A stretch of DNA of 22,079 nucleotides from Selenomonadaceae bacterium (GTDB lineage: Bacteria; Vulcanimicrobiota; Xenobia; Xenobiales; JADMJV01): positions 1 to 22,079 of the forward strand of contig JBBCJA010000025.1 in the NCBI GenBank assembly GCA_037189585.1, written 5' to 3'. The translations under genes were made by a program, and so were the position numbers. This document shows, in pieces, positions 8,983 through 16,338 of this stretch. How positions within the stretch are numbered: the stretch's first letter is position 1; the number at the start of each line of letters is the position of its first letter. A model generated the notes under the pieces. That model was not told the DNA's origin. It did not search any database and worked only from the letters and a program-made list of their open reading frames with translations.

Positions 8983-9401
8983 CCCTCGGCGGCGACGTCG
9001 TGAACGGGGTCCAGAAGAAGAAGACCTTCCATATCCTCGTGGCGAGCCAATACTGGCGGATGGAATTTGAGTCTGTCCCGAGTGTGGCCAGCCAAAGTCT
9101 CGTGCTGTTCGAGCACCGGCCCCTCGCTGAGCAGCCCCTCGGAAACCAGCTCTGTCAGAAATGTCTCCACCGCTCCAAGAGCCTGATCCTGTTCGACATC
9201 GTAACTTTCTAACAATAGCCCGCTCAGGGCGTGAGCGGAAAGCGACTGTTGCAAACCAGCCCAGATCAAAGCTCCCGCATCGGTCAGGCTATAATAGTGA
9301 CCCATCTTGAGGTTGACGACGACAACCTCCCCGTCGAGTGTTTCATGAACCACATCGTCCGAATTTATAACGAACCCCATCGGCGAAGTTTTAACCTCCA
9401 T
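8961..9401 (-). CDS. PqqD-family / RiPP recognition element (RRE)-like protein with C-terminal extension
   Basis: FVINSDDVVHETLDGEVVVVNLKMGHYYSLTDAGALIWAGLQ...DVEQDQALGAVETFLTELVSEGLL is the PqqD/RRE signature, a beta-strand then winged helix. The ATG at 9401 has an AGGAAT Shine-Dalgarno 9 nt upstream. The ORF could extend to an ATG at 9458. About 55 extra C-terminal residues follow the domain. Confidence 0.65.
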   Translation of the reverse strand: MEVKTSPMGFVINSDDVVHETLDGEVVVVNLKMGHYYSLTDAGALIWAGLQQSLSAHALSGLLLESYDVEQDQALGAVETFLTELVSEGLLSEGPVLEQHETLAGHTRDRLKFHPPVLARHEDMEGLLLLDPVHDVAAEGWPTVAS

Positions 9402-9456
9402 AAGATCGATTCCTGGCTCGCAGGTCGGAATTCCTTGATGTTGAACGAGGCGACCC

Positions 9457-11154
9457 ATGGTCGGCCGACTTCTACAACTTCTCGACAGTCGTGGTCGACG
9501 GCAGGCCGTGCTGTTAGCCCTTCTCAGCGCGGCCTCGGCTGCTCTGGAGTTAGGGGCGGCCGCCAGTATGGTGGCATTTATGTCAGCCGCCGCGCGTCCC
9601 GACCTTTTGAGCCGTGTTTCCTACTATCAGCATCTTGGGCAGCCCAGCCTCTCGAGCTTGATGATCGGGCTAGGAGTTCTTTGTCTGGTCACCTTGTCTT
9701 CGAGCAATCTTCTGATGAGCCTATGTAACCTGCTCAGCCTGAAGTTTTCTCATGAACAGCAACGCCGCCTGTCGACCCGCCTCTTTCGTCTCTACCTCAA
9801 CCAGCCGTACGAATGGCACCTGCGCCGGCATCCGTCAACGCTTGTTTATCACCTCGGTCAGGCTCGCCAGCTCGCGCCCCAGGGCTTTCTACCGCTTCTC
9901 CAGATCGTTTCTCGTTTTTTTGGCATTCTGGTTCTCGTGGGCGCGCTGCTCAAACTCCGCCCTTTGGTCACGATCGTGGGACTCCTGACCCTAGCGGTCA
10001 TCTATGCGGGAGTCTTCCGTTTCTGCCGCAAACGCTCTCTTGCGACCTACGCGGCGGAATGGGACATCGAGCAGTCGATGGGTCGAACAATAGCCGAGCC
10101 GATGGTAGGGATGCGAGATGTTCGTTTAGCCGCGGGTGAGTCGAGCTACGAAAGCTCCTACTCCGAGCAGCTTGGCGGGATCGCCGAGCAGCAGCGCACA
10201 CGACTGTTCTACTCGGAGGCTCCCCGACTCTTCTTGCAAACCCTGGTCTACTCCGTGCTGCTGGGCTCCGTCGTCCTCCTGGCTATTCTCTATGAAGATG
10301 GAGCTAAAGTGGTGGCTGAGGCGACCTTTTATGCCATCATCGCCTATCGACTGTTGCCGCTGGTTCAGCAAGTTTTGTCGAGCCTGTCGCAACTCGAGCA
10401 CGGAGAGACCATCGAGCGGATGCTTCGCGATGAGCTCAAAGCCTCCATCGCGACCCTCCCCCAGCCGTCGAAGTCGGCGCGACCGCTGGACCGAGAGTGG
10501 AGCTTGCGTGATGTCGACTTCTCTTACGACGACAGGTCCCCCCTCTTTCGAAATCTCAACTTGATCATTCCGCGGGGAGCGTGCATCGGAATCGCGGGTC
10601 CCAGCGGGCACGGGAAGACGACGCTGATCAATCTGCTGATCGGGCTGTTGACTCCTCAGCGAGGAGATATCTTAGCCGACGGGCGTCCCCTCGAAGGCTC
10701 GGAACTTCGCGCCTTCTGGACAACAGTGGGATACGTCCCCCAGGACATCTTTCTGACTGATAACAGCCTGCTCCACAACATCACGCTGGGACAGCCCCTC
10801 GACCATGAACGCGTCCGGGAGGTCGCCAGGCTTTCTCGGCTCGATGAATTCGCCGAAACGCTCCCCCAAGGTTACGAGACAAAAATCGGAGACCGAGGGT
10901 CACGCCTGAGCGGCGGCCAGCGTCAACGACTCGGTATCGCGCGAGCGCTATATCGCCGACCGAGCATCCTGGTTCTCGATGAAGCCACGAGCGCGTTGGA
11001 CCGCGGCCTCGAGGCCGATGTTATCGCTACCATTCGAAGTCTGGCCGGAACCCACACTATTCTCATGGTCGCCCATCAAAGAGCTAGTTTGAACTGTTGT
11101 GACCGCATCTACCGCGTGGAGAAAGGAGAGCTATCCCCCGAAGATGAGCTCTGA
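9457..11154 (+). CDS. ABC exporter, fused transmembrane and ATP-binding domains (peptide-exporter type)
   Basis: The protein is 565 aa. The N-terminal half is hydrophobic with about 6 TM segments. The C-terminal NBD has Walker A GPSGHGKTT, signature LSGGQRQR, Walker B ILVLDEATSALD and an H-loop. A GAGG lies 6 nt upstream of the ATG at 9457. Confidence 0.85.
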   Translation: MVGRLLQLLDSRGRRQAVLLALLSAASAALELGAAASMVAFMSAAARPDLLSRVSYYQHLGQPSLSSLMIGLGVLCLVTLSSSNLLMSLCNLLSLKFSHEQQRRLSTRLFRLYLNQPYEWHLRRHPSTLVYHLGQARQLAPQGFLPLLQIVSRFFGILVLVGALLKLRPLVTIVGLLTLAVIYAGVFRFCRKRSLATYAAEWDIEQSMGRTIAEPMVGMRDVRLAAGESSYESSYSEQLGGIAEQQRTRLFYSEAPRLFLQTLVYSVLLGSVVLLAILYEDGAKVVAEATFYAIIAYRLLPLVQQVLSSLSQLEHGETIERMLRDELKASIATLPQPSKSARPLDREWSLRDVDFSYDDRSPLFRNLNLIIPRGACIGIAGPSGHGKTTLINLLIGLLTPQRGDILADGRPLEGSELRAFWTTVGYVPQDIFLTDNSLLHNITLGQPLDHERVREVARLSRLDEFAETLPQGYETKIGDRGSRLSGGQRQRLGIARALYRRPSILVLDEATSALDRGLEADVIATIRSLAGTHTILMVAHQRASLNCCDRIYRVEKGELSPEDEL

Positions 11155-12301
11155 CCAGACCTATCCGTTCTTTCCTCAAAAAGATGCGCTCGACTTATTA
11201 AGGGCGGCCCTCGACCCCGATCATCAAAGAGCCCATCAGGCCTGGCTACGCTGGAGACAACTCCACACGCTTCAAGCCTGCGACATCAAGATGAACCGCC
11301 TGATGCCGCTCATCTATCGTCGCTTTCAGCAGGGCGGCCTGGATCCCGACGACCACAGAATCTTAAGAGGGGTTTACCGGTACAACTGGACCCGAAACCA
11401 GCTGGCCCTACGCCAAGCGCGGACGGTCTCCCTACAGCTCCAGGCGGCCGGAATCCAGGTCTTACTTCTCAAGGGGCTCCCGCTCATTCTTGACTACTAT
11501 CGCGACCTAGGTGTCAGGCCTATGTGGGATTTCGATCTTTTAGTCCATCCGGAACGTCAACGAGAAGCGCTAGAACTTCTGTCCAGGCTGGACTGGCATA
11601 ACCACGAGCCTTGCCACGAGGTATGGATAGGCCACGCCTGCGGGTTGCAGGGTCCCGGCAACATCTCGCTTGACCTTCACTGGTTCGTCATGCACTCCAG
11701 TCGTTGGGAGGGCGCCGACGACGACTTTTGGGAGCGTTCGGAAAAGCTCTCGCTTCGCGAGCCCGGTAAAGAGCTGGGTGGTCCCGTCGTGAGGGCTCTT
11801 TGCCCCGAACACCAGCTCATCCATGTCTGTATTCACGGAGCTCGCTTTGATTCGAACCAGGACCTCGGCTGGGTCAGCGACGCTTATCACATCCTGACCA
11901 ACCGAGAGTTGGACTGGGAGCTCGTCCTCGAATCGGCGAAGCGGCACCGAGTTGTCTCGGCCCTTCACCTGGCTCTGTCTTACCTGTGCGACAAACTGCA
12001 TGCCCCCGTTCCCGAGGCTGTGATGGTGCGGCTTGGCGCTGCCCCTAAAACCTGGAGCGACCGACTCTACTTTCATCTCGCGGTCAAAGGGGGTCCCCTG
12101 AATTTCTGGTTGATGCCGGTCCTCGACTATCTGCGCTGGCAGCCCCAACCGACTCTTCTCAACTTCCTTGAATATCTTCGCCAACGCTGGTTTCTGGCCA
12201 GAACTTTCCACATTCCGTTCTCGGCCGCCCAGCGAATAGCGATGCGTGCCGTGAAATGGGCTCAGAATCGAATCTCGGCGGATTCGAAGCCCTCTCGCTG
12301 A
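11144..12301 (+). CDS. Uncharacterised nucleotidyltransferase (PF14907-like, lasso/HprK-cluster-associated family)
   Basis: LLLKGLPLILDYYRDLGVRPMWDFDLLV fits the Pol-beta-superfamily motif G..x..D.D of the uncharacterised nucleotidyltransferase family. The ATG at 11144 has AAAGGAGAG 14 nt upstream and overlaps the ABC gene's end by 11 bp. The ORF is also open from 11099. Confidence 0.6.
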   Translation: MSSDQTYPFFPQKDALDLLRAALDPDHQRAHQAWLRWRQLHTLQACDIKMNRLMPLIYRRFQQGGLDPDDHRILRGVYRYNWTRNQLALRQARTVSLQLQAAGIQVLLLKGLPLILDYYRDLGVRPMWDFDLLVHPERQREALELLSRLDWHNHEPCHEVWIGHACGLQGPGNISLDLHWFVMHSSRWEGADDDFWERSEKLSLREPGKELGGPVVRALCPEHQLIHVCIHGARFDSNQDLGWVSDAYHILTNRELDWELVLESAKRHRVVSALHLALSYLCDKLHAPVPEAVMVRLGAAPKTWSDRLYFHLAVKGGPLNFWLMPVLDYLRWQPQPTLLNFLEYLRQRWFLARTFHIPFSAAQRIAMRAVKWAQNRISADSKPSR

Positions 12302-12329
12302 GACAAGACGAAGCGACGGAGAGAAAGGA

Positions 12330-12368
12330 GATGGCTTTTCTTCGTCAGAAAGGGCCATCTTGCTATGA
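12330..12368 (+). other. 12-codon upstream ORF (MAFLRQKGPSLL*) whose TGA overlaps the ATPase ATG (ATGA)
   Basis: ATG at 12330 is preceded by GGAG at 12316-12319 and AAAGGAG at 12323-12329. The stop at 12366-12368 overlaps the ATPase start at 12365-12367 in the +1 frame. Confidence 0.3.
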
Positions 12369-15055
12369 ATTCCCCTCCTGTCTCTTGGCATAGCCTTGAC
12401 TTTTTGGCTGTGGCCGAGAGTCAGAAGAGTTCTCTTGAGGGCCTGTCTCGCGAACAAGCGCGACAACGCCTGAAGACTCATGGCGCCAACGAGCTTTCCT
12501 CATTGCCTCCCCCAAACGCCCTTTGGGTGCTGTTACACCAGTTCCAGAGCCCTCTCATCTATATTCTTTTGGCGGCCGCGGTGGTGACCTTTCTGCTGGG
12601 AGACTACGCCGACTCGACACTGATCCTGGTAGCGGTCAGCCTGAACGCGGTCATCGGCTTCATTCAAGAATGGAAGGCCGAACATTCCGCTCGAGCCTTG
12701 ATGAAGCTGGTCTCGCCCAAGGCTCGGGTTGTACGCGATGGAAGGGAGCAGACCATCGAAAGCAAGGGACTTATTCCCGGGGACGTGGTGCTCTTGGAAT
12801 CCGGTGTTCGGACGCCGGCCGATCTCAGACTTTTCCAGACCACGACTCTTGCCATCAACGAATCGACTTTGACCGGAGAGTCGATTCCAGTCCACAAAGG
12901 GACCGAGGCGGTGGCCGAAACCGCTCCTTTGGCCGAAAGGCGCTGCATGGCCTACGCCGGAACCGTGGTCACCGCCGGGCGTGGCCGAGGGATCGTTGTC
13001 ACCACGGGAGCCAGAACGGAGCTTGGCACCATCGCCGCGGTGGTCCGAGAGGAAGTCTCGCCAGAAAGCCCGTTGCAACGGCGAATGACTAACTTCGCCC
13101 ACGTCATCGGATATTCCGTCGGGATCGCCGCGGTTTTGGCCTTTGTCGTCGGCATAGCCTCGGGAAAGACAGCTTCCGAGATGGTCCGTGTGGGAGTGGC
13201 GCTTGCCGTGGGAGCGGTCCCTGAAGGCTTACCGGTGGTCTTGATCATCACCCTGGCTTTGGGTGTTCGGCGCATGGCCAAACGTAACGCTATCGTACGA
13301 CGTCTTCCCGCGGTAGAGACTTTAGGTTGTACCAGTGTCATCGGGTCCGACAAGACAGGCACCTTGACGGAAAACCGAATGACCACCATGGATCTGTGGA
13401 CAAGCGATGGGTTCACCAAGGCTCCTTCGGAACGCACCTCGCCGGAGCATCTGGCCTCTCCTTTGAGAGAGACTCTAGAAGCCGGGGTCTTCTCGAACGA
13501 GGCCGAGGTCGATTGGTCCTCCGAGGAGCTCTCCGGTGACGGAGATCCCACCGAAACCGCCCTCTTAGTGGCGGCCTACAAGTTTGGTCTCGAGCCCGCC
13601 CAGGCGCGCCAGCAATGGAAAGAGATCGCGACCATCCCGTTTGAGTCCGAGCGCCAGTTCGCGGCCAGCATCCGCCGCGCTGACGAGGGAGATATACTTT
13701 ACGTCAAAGGTGCTCCAGAGGTGGTGTTAGGCATGTCCAGTCGGCTCCGTAGCGCCGACGGAACGACCGATCTCGATCCCGAAGCCGTTCTGAAAGCCGC
13801 CGACGAAATGGCTTCCAATGGATTACGGGTCTTGGCCATGGCCCGCGGTCGCGCCGAGCTCAAAGGAGAGGGAGGCGAGGTCCTGCCTCCTCGAGAGCTG
13901 ACCTTTCTCGGCTTGCAGGGTATGCTGGACCCTCCCAGGGCCGAGGTCAAAGACGCCATCGAAGGCTGTCGTCAAGCCGGGATCCGGGTGGTAATGATCA
14001 CGGGCGATCATGCACGGACAGCCGTCGCCATCGGAGCGAAGCTAGGCATCGGGGGTGACAACCCCGAGGTATTGACGGGGCGCGAGCTCGACGCCATGTC
14101 CGAAAAAGAGCTACAGGAGCACGCTGAGACGGTCTCGATTTTCGCCCGCGTCTCTCCTCAACACAAGCTGCAGGTGGTCCACGCTTTGCGCGCTCTCGGT
14201 CACGTGGTGGCCGTGACGGGTGACGGGGTCAACGATGCTCCTGCTTTGAAAGCCGCCGATATCGGGGTGGCGATGGGCAAGAGTGGAACGGACGTGGCTC
14301 GTGAAGCCGCGGACATGATCCTGGCCGACGACAATTTCGCCAGTATCTATGCCGCCGTCCACGAAGGTCGGGTGACCTTTGCCAATGTTCGCAAGGTCAC
14401 GTTCTTTTTGGTCTCCACCGGAGCCGCCATCGTCATCATGCTGTTGGCGGCTCTGGTCCTCGGCTGGCCCCTTCCCGTACTTCCCGCCCAGATTCTTTGG
14501 ATCAACCTGGTCACCAGTGGCCTGCAGGACTTAGCCCTGGCCTTCGAGCCGGCCGAGCCCGGTCTCGATGAGAAACCTCCCCGTGATCCCAAAGAAGGGG
14601 TTGTCTCCAAGCTGCTGTGGGAGCGTACGGTGTTGGCGGGCTTCGTCATGGCTATCGGGACCCTGGCCTTGTTCCGCTGGGAATATCTCCGTACGGGCTC
14701 TTTGATAGAGGCCCAAACTATCGCCCTGACCAGCCTGGTTATCTTCATGTTCTTTCACGTGGGGAACGCCCGCTCCGACACCCGCTCACTTTTGCAGATC
14801 AGCCCCATCTCTAACCCACACTTGTTTACGGTTTCGGCGGTCTCCCTCGCGGTCCACGTCGGATGCCTTTATTTCGCTCCGACTCAAGCCTTTCTGTCGG
14901 TTCATCCTCTGGATCCCCCAGCTTGGATAAGGTTGATCGCGGTCGCATCCTCGATCCTCGTGGTCGTGGAGGCTCACAAATGGATCCGGCGGCGTTGGCC
15001 ACTCGAAGGCTCTTTTCGTCAGCGCGAGCGCAAGCACCGGGCCTGGCCCTCCTAG
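12365..15055 (+). CDS. P-type cation-transporting ATPase, P2 (Ca2+-ATPase-like) subtype
   Basis: The protein is 896 aa. It has TGES, the phosphorylation site ICSDKTGTLTENRMT and the hinge TGDGVNDAPALKAADIGVAMGKSGTDVAREAADMILADDNF. It has 10 predicted TM helices and an N-terminal cation_ATPase_N helix. Confidence 0.9.
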   Translation: MNSPPVSWHSLDFLAVAESQKSSLEGLSREQARQRLKTHGANELSSLPPPNALWVLLHQFQSPLIYILLAAAVVTFLLGDYADSTLILVAVSLNAVIGFIQEWKAEHSARALMKLVSPKARVVRDGREQTIESKGLIPGDVVLLESGVRTPADLRLFQTTTLAINESTLTGESIPVHKGTEAVAETAPLAERRCMAYAGTVVTAGRGRGIVVTTGARTELGTIAAVVREEVSPESPLQRRMTNFAHVIGYSVGIAAVLAFVVGIASGKTASEMVRVGVALAVGAVPEGLPVVLIITLALGVRRMAKRNAIVRRLPAVETLGCTSVIGSDKTGTLTENRMTTMDLWTSDGFTKAPSERTSPEHLASPLRETLEAGVFSNEAEVDWSSEELSGDGDPTETALLVAAYKFGLEPAQARQQWKEIATIPFESERQFAASIRRADEGDILYVKGAPEVVLGMSSRLRSADGTTDLDPEAVLKAADEMASNGLRVLAMARGRAELKGEGGEVLPPRELTFLGLQGMLDPPRAEVKDAIEGCRQAGIRVVMITGDHARTAVAIGAKLGIGGDNPEVLTGRELDAMSEKELQEHAETVSIFARVSPQHKLQVVHALRALGHVVAVTGDGVNDAPALKAADIGVAMGKSGTDVAREAADMILADDNFASIYAAVHEGRVTFANVRKVTFFLVSTGAAIVIMLLAALVLGWPLPVLPAQILWINLVTSGLQDLALAFEPAEPGLDEKPPRDPKEGVVSKLLWERTVLAGFVMAIGTLALFRWEYLRTGSLIEAQTIALTSLVIFMFFHVGNARSDTRSLLQISPISNPHLFTVSAVSLAVHVGCLYFAPTQAFLSVHPLDPPAWIRLIAVASSILVVVEAHKWIRRRWPLEGSFRQRERKHRAWPS

Positions 15056-15220
15056 AGACCCAACCGGAAACCCGGACCGAGCCAAGCGACGGACATTTCG
15101 GGCAGGCGGAATTGGATGATTTTGCGTAATATCGGGAATATTTGGCAACAATCAGACGATTTCGCATGCACGATAATGGACGAGCTTGGCGACGGGAGGG
15201 TTTCCGGTTGGGTCTCTAGG
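15051..15220. repeat. MITE-like element with a perfect 23-bp inverted repeat flanking a 124-bp AT-rich core, bounded by CTAG
   Basis: 15051-15073 cctagagacccaaccggaaaccc is the exact reverse complement of 15198-15220 gggtttccggttgggtctctagg. A nested inner inverted repeat gccaagc/gcttggc lies at about 15081-15087 and 15184-15190. The element fills the convergent intergenic space between the ATPase and PP2C genes. The ATPase TAG stop lies inside the left arm. Confidence 0.5.
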
Positions 15221-15221
15221 C

Positions 15222-16019
15222 CTAATCCTCTCCGTGAAACAAGACCAGCAACGCGATGTTGTCCTGACCTCCCGGATGACCGTCGACTCCGTCGAGCGCC
15301 GCTTGCGCCAAACTGGTGGCGAACCGACTCGCCCTCCGTTCTAACGCCCCTTGAGGTAGGGACTCCCACAAGTTCTCGATATGGTGTGACAGCAACGAGG
15401 TCTCAGGCTTTCGATAGTGGCACTCGTCGAGCCCATCCGTGTGGAGTGCCAAAAGAGTTCCAGGCTCCAAGGTTAGCTCCACCTGTTCCCACACGTCCGG
15501 ATAGGAAAGCCGGTCCAAGCGCGCATACTCGTTGTTGTGCTGATTGTGGACCGTCCAGCCGGCCTTGGAAAGGGTGGCCAGCGTGCTGTCGCCGGTGGTT
15601 AAAGCCAGCACATAGCCCGACCGCGCGTCGTAGAGCGCCACGATGAGGGTCGTCCCCGACATGACCGGTTCGTACGGTCGCTGAATTTGAAGACATAGCT
15701 CCATCAATTCCCTTCGAGCCCCTTCCTCTCCAGGGCCCATAGAAGGGAAATCTCTTTCCGCCAACCGCTCCAGAAGCCGGTGACTAGCCTCCAAACCGAA
15801 GTGAGAGTCCGCCACCGCCAGAATGTAGAGGTCGCCATGGCGCTTGACCAAAAGCGCGTCCTCGTTGGGGCGGCTCTTGTCGGCCTTGAAGGCGAGCGAC
15901 GGGCTGTCGGCGTCGGCGCCGACGGAAAGACAAGCGGTGACCGGTCCGAGGGAACCGTGGGAGATTTTACCGTACTCGATGTGGTCATGCCCCAGCATCA
16001 AGAGAACATCGGAATTCAC
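15222..16019 (-). CDS. PP2C-family Ser/Thr protein phosphatase
   Basis: The motifs RPNEDA, YILAVADSHFG, LALTTGDS, LHTDGL and GGQDNIALLVL match the PPM metal-binding Asp motifs. The start is GTG at 16019 or ATG at 15998. Confidence 0.75.
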   Translation of the reverse strand: MNSDVLLMLGHDHIEYGKISHGSLGPVTACLSVGADADSPSLAFKADKSRPNEDALLVKRHGDLYILAVADSHFGLEASHRLLERLAERDFPSMGPGEEGARRELMELCLQIQRPYEPVMSGTTLIVALYDARSGYVLALTTGDSTLATLSKAGWTVHNQHNNEYARLDRLSYPDVWEQVELTLEPGTLLALHTDGLDECHYRKPETSLLSHHIENLWESLPQGALERRASRFATSLAQAALDGVDGHPGGQDNIALLVLFHGED

Positions 16020-16073
16020 CGGCTGTCCAGGCTTCCATAAGACCGGAATTTACCGTGGGAACTCATCTCGAAC

Positions 16074-16289
16074 CTAATGAAGAGTTCCCCTTATCAATGG
16101 AATGAGCATCAAGATTGTTATGCCCACGAAACTAAATCCCCAGAGAGACCAGAACAGACGGGGATTGTCCGTCCGGCTGACCCAGCCGCTTTCCCGAATG
16201 TAGCCGTGTACCGGTATTCTTCCGAGAATAGCACCAACCACCAAAAGAGCCTGAAAAACCAGGAGAATCATCATCATCTCTTTCGTCAT
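16074..16289 (-). CDS. Small two-TM membrane protein (hypothetical)
   Basis: MTKEMMMILLVFQALLVVGAILG...WSLWGFSFVGITILMLIPLI has two hydrophobic helices. The longer form from 16358 would overlap the AI-2E gene. The region is lower in GC than its flanks. Confidence 0.4.
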   Translation of the reverse strand: MTKEMMMILLVFQALLVVGAILGRIPVHGYIRESGWVSRTDNPRLFWSLWGFSFVGITILMLIPLIRGTLH

Positions 16290-16338
16290 ACGCTCATCTT
16301 CGTCACGCCTAGAAAATTGTCCCACAACGGATACTTGT

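Noticed and set aside
11099-11143. Longer nucleotidyltransferase start (MTASTAWRK...)
   Set aside because: It would overlap the ABC gene by 56 bp. The ATG at 11144 has a strong AAAGGAGAG SD.
5976-12301. Interpreting the locus as a bona fide lasso-peptide cluster
   Set aside because: No Asn-synthetase-like cyclase of about 600 aa, no transglutaminase-like B2 protease and no obvious precursor are present anywhere in 22 kb. Only the accessory set (HprK-like, RRE, nucleotidyltransferase, ABC) is there.
12330-12368. An mgtL-like Pro-rich leader controlling an MgtA Mg2+ ATPase
   Set aside because: The ATPase motifs, TGDGVNDAPALK...DDNF, are of the P2 Ca-type rather than MgtA. The uORF is not Pro-rich. 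It is kept only as a generic uORF observation.
12523-13551. ORFs 12523..13092 (+), 12533..13102 (-) and 12952..13551 (-) within the P-type ATPase
   Set aside because: They are shadow frames of a confidently identified ATPase with complete motifs.
16057-16089. Hairpin gggaactc-N17-gagttccc spanning the stop of the small membrane protein gene
   Set aside because: The stem is short, there is no U-tract on either strand, and it overlaps coding sequence. It is not convincing as a terminator.
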